A stretch of 64,000 nucleotides of DNA from Salpingoeca rosetta. Its lineage: Eukaryota; Protista; Choanoflagellata. The translations under genes and the position numbers were made by a program. Positions 54,055 through 64,000 of the stretch are shown piece by piece. Position 1 is the first letter of the stretch. Every line of letters starts with the position of its first letter. Below the pieces are notes generated by a model that saw only the letters and a list, made by a program, of their open reading frames with translations, did no database searches and was not told the origin of the DNA. Location of the stretch: NCBI GenBank assembly GCA_033442325.1, contig JAWQFM010000027.1, positions 323,186 through 387,185 of the forward strand, read 5' to 3'.

Positions 54055-55285
54055 CTTGGTCTTTGCGTTTGCTTCGCCTGGGCTGCGCTTGCGTCTTTGT
54101 TTGGAGGCAATGTACCGAAAATTGACCAAAATCATCCATCACTTTTCCACCGACAAACGCAAAGCCGCACACTTGCTTGCTTCTCCGTCGACATCATCAT
54201 CACCTCACCGCAAACTTAATCTCCATCACACACACCCTCATCTCTATCTCCATCCCAACTCCCCCCACCCTTCACACACACGCGCCGTGTTTGTTTTGTG
54301 TATGGTGTAATTTGTAGTCCTTTGACAAGCAAGAAACGACGTTGATGAGCGAGAACAAAGAAACAAAACAAGGCCCTCACAAACCATCCATCCATACACA
54401 CACACAGACACACAACTGTGCGAAAGTTTCGTTGTGTCAACAACACCACAGAGACAAGGATACGGCTATAAGCAGATGAGAGGGCGACGGGAAAGAGGAG
54501 GAAGAAGAAGAAAGAGAAAAAGAAAAGAAAAATGTGCGCGTGCCACATGCATACAAAAAGGAACGAGAAAACGCACCACCACACTAAGCAACACCGGCTA
54601 AAAGCCCACCACGGTTGCTGCACGCTTGTGCTCGCGTGCCTTCTGCACCACACAAATCACCTATGCGACGACCACACGGCACGCGCGCACAAGCAACACC
54701 CTCTCCCCACGTGCTCTCACACCGGGGGGAAGAAGGCATACAGACAACCAGGGCATCGCAAAAACAACCAACCCAAAGAAACACGGCAGCAACAACAACG
54801 GCGCGAGGAAAGACAATGGTTTTGTGCCAACGAGCCAGATCAGGACGAGATGATGCGCATTATCATCAGTGACTAAGAGTGCGGTGCCCGTCACGCCCCC
54901 ATGTCAAGCAACGGACAGAACAAGACGCTGCGCGACCAGCGGTCAAGCGGTTCGCAGCAAGCGGACGTGACGTGAACACGCGACACCATCAGCCAACAAT
55001 GACAACTCCATCACCACACATGGAGGCGTCGACGACAACAGGACGAGCAGAGCCCGCTCAGAAAAGGCATCAAAAGAGGCGAGAGAAGAGTTGGGCGAGG
55101 GTATGTGTGACACGATGCACGGTGAAGTTGACAAGAAGCGTTGTTGAACAAAGAAAGACAGACAGAAAGAACGAAAGAAAGAAAGAAATGTAGCAGCAGA
55201 CGCTGTTGTCAGTGTAGGCGCTGTTGGTTGGTTGGTTGATTGGTTGGTCGATCTGTTGGTCTGTTGGTTGGTTGGCGGGTGGCGC

Positions 55286-56462
55286 TCAGAGGAGGGCGCA
55301 GCCGGTGCGGCGGCGCTGGATCTTGGGAGGGCTGAGCACGGCGCGGATTGCCTCGTCAAACACCGTCTTCAGGCCCTTCTGTGTCAGCGCAGAGCACTCG
55401 AGGTACTTGACAGCGTTGATCTCCTTGGCCATTTGCAGACCCTGCACAATTGGAGAAAGGGCGTTGAGGGGGCGGGGCGGAAAGGGGGGGGGGAAGAGTT
55501 GCAATGGCGGGGTGAGCAAGGAAGGAGTTGGGGGTTGGGGTTGGGGCGTGGCGAAGAGGAGGGAGGGATGGGCGAAAGAGAAGACACGGACGCAGTGCAA
55601 ACGGGTTCAACAACATCAACAAACAGCTCAAACAAACGCAAGCAAACACTTTGCACAAGCACAGCAAGCACAGCACGCACACAGCACAACACACAACGGT
55701 GCATACACACCTGAGGGTATGTGATGGGGGCGAGCTTGCGCTCCTTGAGCTTCTCGATTGTGTCCTTGTCTTCGCGAAGATCGAGCTTGGTGCCCACGAG
55801 GATGATGGGTGTGTTGGGGCAGTGGTGGCTCACCTCAGGATACCACTGCATATGGGAAAACATCGAAGCAGCGCGGGGCAAACAAGAGCAAAGTTGAAAG
55901 GATGAGTCAACCAACATGACACACCACCACTACCACCATCACCATCATCATCATCATCATCGTCGTCGTCGTCCTCGAGAGGAAAAGCATGACACCGACA
56001 AAACAGTGACAAGGAAAAAGCAACCCTCTCGAGTTCACGGTCACCATCGAAGCTCTCGCGCCCATGTGCAGGTCACCTCCAACACGCGCCACGCGCCACA
56101 CGCCACACTGGCACCACACCAACACAACACCGCCCCGTGAGCTCTGCTTGTCATTGTAAAACAAGAACACGCACCTTGGCGCGGACGTTCTCGTATGATG
56201 CTGGGCTGATGACGGAGAAGCAGATGAGGAAGACATCCGTCTGAGGGTAGGAGAGCGGGCGCAGCCTGTCGTAGTCCTCCTGACCGGCGGTATCCCACAG
56301 ACCAAGGTTGATGGGCTTGCCGTCCACCATGACGTTGGCGCTGTAGTTGTCAAAGACGGTGGGGATGTACTCGCCAGGGAAGGCGTTGGTGGTGTAGGAG
56401 ATGAGAAGGCAGGTCTTGCCGACGGCACCATCGCCGACGACGACACACTTGATGGCCTGCAT
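55286..56462 (-). CDS. RAC1: Rac family small GTPase
   Basis: Three exons: [17 protein letters not shown]...YIPTVFDNY...WDTAGQEDY; [22 protein letters not shown]; [24 protein letters not shown]...RRRTGCALL* (polybasic region plus CaaX). Confidence 0.97.
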
Positions 56463-57600
56463 GTTGGCGGTCTGTGGTTCTGTTGGAAAGGGAAAAAAGA
56501 AGACGAAAGTCGAAGACGAAGACGACGAGGATCAGGAAGAGCTCTGTCGTGCCATGTCATGGCGTGGATGGTACAAAGGCAACAGTGGTGGTTGTTGTTG
56601 TTGTGAGCACGTGGGGACAACGCCAGAGTGTGTGGGTGTGGTTTGTTTGTTTGCTGTGGTTGTTGTGGTTGCTGTTGTTGGGTGGGGTTGTTGTACACAA
56701 CGCTGTCTCTCCGGCCATAAGCACAAAGGTGTGCGCGCAACGCATGCCACATCACCACATCAAGACACACAAAACCTGTGGCGGCTGCGCAACAGCCGTG
56801 TGGTGACACATGATGATGAGATGATGATGATGATCATGAGATGGACTCACCAAAAAAGTACAGAGGGAAAATGAACAGGTGTGCTGCTGGTGTCGTCACA
56901 AAGTGGTGAAGATCAGGCGGCGGATGGAGGAGGACGGAGGACGAGGAGTAATAATTAAGGCCGACCGCGCGCAGCGAAGACGTGCAAAGGGCGTGTGTTC
57001 GTGGGTTGTTGTGGTTGTGTGTATTTGTGTCGATGTCAAAGCAAGCGACAAGACCAGGCAGAGACAGAGGAGACAGAGAAGAAATGCATGCGTGAGCTGG
57101 TGAGATTGATGCAAAATGTTAACTTCCGTGACACCCCACACCCCACACCAACCTCCCAGCATCACGCACCACACGCCCACCGTCCACCAAGACTTCCAAA
57201 CATACCCACAAACGGAGATGGTGCAAATCTGCACGCACCCACCACCACAACAGCCACCGCCCCACCACCACCTCATCTCGCCTCACCGGCTTGCTTGTCG
57301 CTGTGTGCTGATGCTGGACTGTGCTGAGAACCCCAAATTGACAACAACAAACACAAAAATCGCTATTCTCGGCACTTGTGCCGATTTTCTGGCATATCTT
57401 CAGCAGGTTGTGGGGCTTGCGCGACAGTTCATCTCAGCAGCGCGGCAGCAGCGGGCAAAGCAAGCAAGCAGAGGTTGTTGGGCGTGTGGCTTTTAGCTGG
57501 AGGCCGAAAAATTTCCCTCCAGCGATTCAATTCCAGGTGGGCGGGGACAAGCAAAGTAGCATCCGCCCGCGCCAAATTCAAACACAGCTGTTGTGTGTGT

Positions 57601-57668
<68 letters not shown>

Positions 57669-57858
57669 GTTTGCATGTGTGTGTGTGTGTGTGTGTGTGT
57701 GTTGTGGGTGGGATTACAAGCACATAGGCAGTGTCTGTGCTGCTGCTGTATTGACAAGGCGACAGCACGCAATAAACGTCACGGAGTGACAAGGGGGCAG
57801 CACAACAAACTGTAACGCGATGCAGTGCGTTCCTACAAGCAGACAAGGGCCACCTTGT

Positions 57859-57885
57859 TAACCCTAACCCTAACCCTAACCCTAA
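57859..57885. repeat. Short interstitial telomere-type repeat (TAACCC)4+
   Basis: taaccctaaccctaaccctaaccctaa lies between the Rac upstream region and the TilS stop codon. Confidence 0.85.
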
Positions 57886-57949
57886 TCATCGCTGTCCAAC
57901 AACCCAGCGCACATGAACACAACAACAACAACAGGTACACAAGACACTG

Positions 57950-59120
57950 TCACGGTGCGAGGTAGATGGGTCGCCAGCGACAGCGGAATTGAACAGGGTA
58001 TTGGCGCTGAAGATGCAGCGGCCGCATGTCCTCAATCACAGGCAGGTACCGTGCATCGTCCGTGGCGATCAAGTCAGCAGGAAAGGTCGTGGTTGACAAA
58101 ACCTGCCCAGCAACACGGGGCGCAGGCGCAAACACAGCGTGCCTGCTGCTCCCCTCATGCTCCTGCCCTTGCTCTTGCCTCTGCTGTTGTCGTTGACGCT
58201 GTCGCTGTTGCTCTTTGGGCAGAGCTGGGCGCAGCCACACGAGCGGCGTGGGCTCACAGCCACCGGCATCACTCCAACCGCTGGCAGATATGACGTCGCC
58301 ATCCACGCTGGTGCTGGCACCGCTGGTGGTGGTGGTGGTGGTGCTGGTGCTGGTGTGATTGCCACTACCACCACCACCACCACCACCAGCAGTAGCAGCA
58401 GTAGCAGTGCAGCCGATGATGGGTGTGACGGGCTCGAGCCACAGGCGATGCCGCCACCACACCCCGCGCGTTGCATGTGTGATTGGCTGCCACAACGGCC
58501 CTGAGTGTCGCCTCTGAACATGCTGCGGCTCAAACACCACAATGTGTTGTTGTTGTTTTTGTTGTTGTTGTTGTTCAAGTTGTTTAAGTTGTTGGTGTTG
58601 TTGGTGTTGTTGTTGTTTAAGTTGTTGTTGTTTTTGTTGTTGTTGTTTAAGTTGTTGTTGTTGTTGGTGTTGTTGTTGTTTAAGTTGTTGTTGTTGTTGT
58701 TGCTGCTGCTTCGTGTGAGGCGTCTTGTGCGTGTGCATGCGCACCTCCACGCCATGGACACTGCAGGGCTGTTGGGCTGCGTGCGGGTGACGGAGCCAGG
58801 CCAACACACGGGCAATGGCCGCCTCCGACGGCGCGCGGGTGTGGAAGGAGGAGATGTCAAGCACGCGCCGCACAACAGCGTGCTGCAGCTGTTCCGGCAG
58901 TGCGCCATGACCGCTGGCTTGGAAGACGTGACGCGGGATGCGGCATGCGCCATGTGGGGTGACGTCGACAACCTCCACCATGGCGTTGGCGGTCGCTTCC
59001 TCCCACGCGCGCACCGTCGCCGTCACAAACGCAGACGCCTCCAACAGCCGCTCGCGAATGCAGTGTGCAGGGGTTTGGTCATTGTTGTTGTTGTTGTATT
59101 TGTTGTTGTTGTTGTTGTAT

Positions 59121-59157
<37 letters not shown>

Positions 59158-59171
59158 ATTTGTTGTTGTAT

Positions 59172-59209
<38 letters not shown>

Positions 59210-60120
59210 ACTGTTCTGGTCGCGACGCGTGTGGGCAGGACGGCCGCCACTGCTGTTGTAGCGGTGACCGTTCATTGTTATGTCCTCTCCGCTTTGCTCC
59301 ATTACAGGCTGCTCGCGTAGTTGTTCCCTCACCGCACCCTTTGCCTTCTCTGCTTCCCCCACGCACTCCCTGTTGCCCTCCTGTCTGTCGCCGTGCTCCT
59401 GTTGCTCGTCTTCCTGCAAGGCAGCCAGGGCGTGGCGGATGCTGTTGCGCGTGTACTTGGTTGCATCGCGGTTGGTGGGGTCCTCCACCCACCAGATGCC
59501 GTTGTCGCGGCAGTACAGTTCCAGCTCGCGTTTCCCCACAGCCAGCAGGGGGCGGGTCAGCAGCAGCGGCTCAAAGGCGTGAGCATAGTAGAGCGGCTGC
59601 ACCTCACGCATGGCAGCCAGCCCGTGTACCGACGACTGCCGCAGGCACCGCAGCACCAGCGTCTCAGCCTGCGTGAGTGTGAGTGTGAGTGAGCGAGTGA
59701 GTGAGTGAGTGAGTGAGTGAGTGAGTGAGTGAGTGAGTGAGTGAGTGTGAGTGTGAGCGTGTGTGTGTGTGTGAGTGTGTGAGTGTGTGTGTGAGCGTAT
59801 GCAATGTGTGGCATGAAGGGAAACGGCAGCATGCATGTGCAATGCAAGTGGAGAGACTGAGCAGTGTAGTGAGCCACAAAGCTTCTAAGATGCAGCAAGG
59901 GTATAAATTAAGGTATACCACGTCATCTGCGTGATGCCCAGTCATGATGTGACGGCAGCCATGCCTGTCGGTGCAAAATCGGGTGAGGACGTGCTTCACA
60001 CACGAGCAAGCGCAAGCAAACGGGCAGTCAGACCAACTGGGAGACGCGCAGACAGTCGAGTAGGTGGTCACACACAAGCACACACACACATACACGCGTG
60101 CACACGCATTCTCACGCATG

Positions 60121-60152
<32 letters not shown>

Positions 60153-60827
60153 CATATAAACGTACGTGGTGGCAGCATGACCTAGGGCGTGATAGCGCTT
60201 GTGTCGCGCCATCTCCTGAGTGTGCTTGTCGTTAACTCTCCAGGCAAGGTGCTCCACGTGCGCGGCAACGCCTTGGCCTTGGAGATACGCGGCTACCTAT
60301 CCTTTTGTTGAGGCAGCGGGCATCACAAGCTGTCACATGAGCAGAAAGCAAATGTCGAGCGTGGCACGCTCCTTGCGACATTGACCATGCGCACACACAC
60401 GCATACACAAACACATACACATACACACACACAAGCACACGCCCAAACAACTCATGACCCAACCCAAAGCGCCCACCCCCCACACACACACCTGGTGAGC
60501 CTCCTCTGTGCTCTCGTGTCGTAGCCGATGGTCCACGATGACGGCACGCAAGCGATCAGCACCCAGAGCGTGCTTCACCAGCGACACGAGCGCCATGCTG
60601 TCCACACCACCCGACACAGCAAGCAGCGTTGTCCCTTGAGCTGTCAACAACCCAAGCTGCTTCAACCGATCAGCAACATGCTCCTGCAGGCGTGCGCTCA
60701 ACTGTGCACGTGTTTGTGCTGCTGTACTTGCTCGTCTTCTTCTGCGTGCACAATGTGCGCCAGCCGCACACCTCCACACACCACCACCACCACAAGCACC
60801 ACCACATCTTCTCATCATCATCATCAT
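57950..60827 (-). CDS. tilS: tRNA(Ile)-lysidine synthase (PP-loop), probably mitochondrial
   Basis: LAVSGGVDSMAL, VDHRLRHES, EMARHKRY, TGHHADD, AETLVLR, RPLL...YC...WVEDPTN...YTRNSIR. Arg-rich N-terminal presequence; N/Q low-complexity inserts. Confidence 0.9.
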
Positions 60828-60892
60828 GCTGTGAGCGTTGCTGAATATTCAAACATATCATTCACCAATCATCTACAACCACGCCGCAGCAG

Positions 60893-60978
<86 letters not shown>

Positions 60979-60986
60979 TCCTGACG

Positions 60987-63338
60987 ATGCATGCGAGAGC
61001 AAGGTTAGCTGCGGCGGCTTTGCTGCGTGGGTCAGCAAGACAGGGACTCGCGCAACATCACGCTGTTGTCGGCTGTCAACGACGCACGGTTGCTGTGGCG
61101 GCCACCTGCGCCGCCGCCACGCGCTCAAAGCGGTCGCCGGCAACGGCAGCTACTGCGATAACAGCAGCGCACCTCACAGCACCACAGGCACACCACAGGC
61201 ACTTGCATAGAACATCCCACAGCACCCACACAGCACATGCATCGCAGCACGGCATGAGTGGCAGCGGAAGCGGCGGTAACGAAGAAGACGAAGATGGCAC
61301 ACACCATGATGAGCAGGAAGGCCAGCGGCAGCGACAAGGTCGCGGAGGCGGTGGGCGCCAGAAGCATCAGCACAGGCACGAGGACGTGGTGCGAAAAGTG
61401 CTGAACGCACACAACCCAGACCCGCAAGCGGCGCTGCGGGCGCTGCGCAGCTGCACCAAGGCGGTGGATCCGGAAAGCGCCTACGCCATCGTGGAGCACC
61501 TGCGCAAGAGCGGCATCACGCCTTCGCAGGCGCACCTCCACGCGTGGCTGGCGTGTGCAAGCCCAAGGCGCGATGGCCGCGGCATCCTCGACATGATGGC
61601 GCGGTACGGGATGGTCATTGACCAGGACACGGTGCTCAGCGCCGCGCAGGGCGCAGTGCGGCACCGCGCGTGGACGCACTTTGACCAGTACATGCAGTGG
61701 ATCGACGCGTACGGCATCAAGCCAGACCACCTCTTCTACTCGCGCCTCCTCACCTTGCTGGCGGAGACGAGCAACCTGCCACCGGCGGAGTTTGTGCTGC
61801 AGCACGCGGCCGCACACGGCGTGGTCATGGACCCGGTCATGCTGAGCGCCATGCTGTCCCTCAACCACGCCTACAGGCGCTTTGACCGCGTTGTGGAGCT
61901 CTACGACACATACCGCCAGGGGCCCGTCAAGATGACGGTGAAGACATTCAGCGCCGCCATCAACGCCCTCACCTTCTCCACGCGCGTGCGCGACGCAGAG
62001 CGCATGTTTGCCGACATTCGCCGGTGCAAGCTGCCCGTGCAGGTGCCGCACTACACGGCGCTGATGAACGTGTATGGCGAGTGCGGGCGTCTTGACGACG
62101 TGTTCCGCCTGTTTGCGGAGGTGGAGGGCACCCACCGCCTCCCTGACGCCATCACGTTCGTGACCATGCTGCGCGCGTGCGCCAAGGCGGGCGACCGTGA
62201 GCGCGCGGCGTTTGTCTGGCGACACATGCAGGACAAGTACGGCATTGTTCCCGACGAGCCGGCGTGGAATGCTTACATCAGGGCGCATGCCGACCCAACC
62301 AACATGAGTCACGTGCGCGGCCTGACACTGGCCATGCGGGCGGCCGGCGTGCCCATGACCATCTTCTACTTCAACCACCTCATGCACGTGTTTGCTGCGG
62401 CGGGCAGGCCGCGCGATGTGGAGCAGCTGGTGAGCAAGGCAGAGGCGCTCGGTCTCCGCCCAACGTACGAGTCGTACCTCCACCTCATGCACGCTTACAG
62501 GAACGCAAGCAGCAGCAATGATCGTGGTGAAGGTAGTGGTGGCGGCGGAACGGGTGCAGAGGGGACACCAACAGCAGCCGCAAAGTCCAGCGACGCATCA
62601 TCAAGAACAACAACATCAACGGCAGCAGCAAGCATTGCGGGCAAGGTGGGCGAAAGCAGTGGTGATGGTGTTGGTGTTGGTGGTGACGATCACGTGGGGG
62701 ATCTTGATGGCATGCGAAGTGTCCTTGAGCGCATGGCAGAGGCCGGCATCACCCGCAATGACGTGCGCGTGTACACGTGCATGCTCGAAGCCCTCGCCGC
62801 CGCCAAGCAGTGGGACGAGATCCTCTCCACTTGCCAGCGCATGCTTGACGCGTGGGTCCTGCTTGACGCGCGTGCGTTTGTGCCCGTGCTGCGTGCGCTT
62901 GTTGCGCGTGGGCAGGCGGCTGCGGCGATGAATGTGCTGACGGTGGATATGGGCCGGCATCTGGCGCGCTATGACGCCCGCCACCTTGCCACTGTCCTGC
63001 AGGGGCTCACACGCGCCGCCACTGCCACTGCCGGTGATGGTGATGGTGGTGGTGGTGACGTGGCTGGTGAAGGAGTTGGTGATGTTGGTGGCAGTGTTGT
63101 TGGTGGTACAAACGAGGGCGCATCGGAGGGGCAGGAAGAGGGTGATGGTGCGCGACAGCAGCTGGAGCGGGTGGTGGCGCTGGCGGTGGAGTGGCTCGAC
63201 ACACACGCACGTGCGGGTGGCGATGGTGGGGATGGTGATGGTGAGGAGGAGCAAGGAAGAGATGCAAGGGCCGTGGCGGGGCTGCGACGCGCTCTTGATG
63301 CAGCACGTGCAACCTTGGGAGGGCCGGAGGCCAAGTGA
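60987..63338 (+). CDS. Pentatricopeptide repeat (PPR) protein, probably mitochondrial
   Basis: Arg/Ala-rich presequence and tandem ~35-aa repeats (TFSAAINAL, HYTALMNVYGECGRLDDVFRLF, PDAITFVTMLRACAKAGD, PDEPAWNAYIRAH, FNHLMHVFAAAG, VYTCMLEAL). Single exon. Confidence 0.92.
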   Translation: MHARARLAAAALLRGSARQGLAQHHAVVGCQRRTVAVAATCAAATRSKRSPATAATAITAAHLTAPQAHHRHLHRTSHSTHTAHASQHGMSGSGSGGNEEDEDGTHHDEQEGQRQRQGRGGGGRQKHQHRHEDVVRKVLNAHNPDPQAALRALRSCTKAVDPESAYAIVEHLRKSGITPSQAHLHAWLACASPRRDGRGILDMMARYGMVIDQDTVLSAAQGAVRHRAWTHFDQYMQWIDAYGIKPDHLFYSRLLTLLAETSNLPPAEFVLQHAAAHGVVMDPVMLSAMLSLNHAYRRFDRVVELYDTYRQGPVKMTVKTFSAAINALTFSTRVRDAERMFADIRRCKLPVQVPHYTALMNVYGECGRLDDVFRLFAEVEGTHRLPDAITFVTMLRACAKAGDRERAAFVWRHMQDKYGIVPDEPAWNAYIRAHADPTNMSHVRGLTLAMRAAGVPMTIFYFNHLMHVFAAAGRPRDVEQLVSKAEALGLRPTYESYLHLMHAYRNASSSNDRGEGSGGGGTGAEGTPTAAAKSSDASSRTTTSTAAASIAGKVGESSGDGVGVGGDDHVGDLDGMRSVLERMAEAGITRNDVRVYTCMLEALAAAKQWDEILSTCQRMLDAWVLLDARAFVPVLRALVARGQAAAAMNVLTVDMGRHLARYDARHLATVLQGLTRAATATAGDGDGGGGDVAGEGVGDVGGSVVGGTNEGASEGQEEGDGARQQLERVVALAVEWLDTHARAGGDGGDGDGEEEQGRDARAVAGLRRALDAARATLGGPEAK

Positions 63339-63354
63339 TGGCCCACCTTCCTTC

Positions 63355-63405
<51 letters not shown>

Positions 63406-63649
63406 CACTGCACTGCGTGTCTGTCTGGATGTGAGTGCTGCAATTTGTGGATGTGTGTGTGTGTGTGTGTGTGCCTTGTGGATGTGTGCTTGCGCGACTT
63501 GCTCCAGTAATTGTATTGATGAGACTAGGACACATGCTCGCTCGCTCGCGCAAACAGTTGAGACAAGGGCAGAGGTGTGTCGAGGCACAAAGCAAAGCAA
63601 ACACGGGCATTTTGCGCAAGAGCGAACAAGCAGGAAAACAACAGTGAAG

Positions 63650-63794
63650 ATGGAGGTGGTGTTGCGAGCGGAACACGTGCGAGTGGTTGTGCGTGATGGG
63701 GATGGCAAAGAGGCGGCGTCAGAGTGGAGCAAGCCACACGTGAAGGCGGCCTCCAGCAGCGAAGACAGTGACGCAACAACGCTGACCATCACAG
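63650..63794 (+). CDS. Probable first exon of a gene continuing beyond the window
   Basis: ATG...MEVVLRAEHVRVVVRDGDG...TLTIT is followed by G|gtgtgt donor and a TG-repeat intron. Confidence 0.4.
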
Positions 63795-63825
63795 GTGTGT
63801 GTGTGTGTATGTATGTATGTGTGGA

Positions 63826-63892
<67 letters not shown>

Positions 63893-63913
63893 GTGGATGT
63901 GTGTGTGTGTGTG

Positions 63914-64000
<87 letters not shown>

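Noticed and set aside
57859-57885. True chromosome end
   Set aside because: The repeat is only 27 bp and has intact genes on both sides.

Overview
Eukaryotic, intron-rich, gene-dense DNA with (CA/TG)n microsatellites in almost every intron. Gene content and style suggest a choanoflagellate, most likely Salpingoeca rosetta (inference). Most ORF-track entries (VCVC/HTHT proteins) are microsatellite artefacts. Splicing exons by hand gives about 16 genes: NOM1/Sgd1 3' end; an RRM-like Q-rich protein; an F-box-like/LRR-like protein; two paralogous LRR receptor TKL kinases; DNA polymerase lambda with an inserted CCHC zinc knuckle; a divergent ARP; a type II membrane glycoside hydrolase of the bacterial 'enterotoxin' (Ast-like) family; a ~14.5 kb giant receptor gene; a UDG-fold/ADP-ribosyltransferase fusion; a degenerate CYTH protein; an orphan; a PX-BAR sorting nexin; Rac; TilS; and a PPR protein. 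Two candidates stand out as undescribed systems. (1) The giant receptor (28928-43423): signal peptide, intact JmjC 2OG/Fe oxygenase, furin-type RTRR site, a micro-exon-encoded (C-D/N-x-x)n Cys-Asp array, then sushi and HYR-like stalk, TM helix and a tail with NPxY/YxxPhi motifs. It is possibly a self-modifying surface receptor. (2) The bacterial-type UDG-like sensor fused to an ExE ADP-ribosyltransferase (43951-46420), a likely horizontally acquired nucleic-acid-sensing effector. Family assignments come from motif recognition, not database searches.
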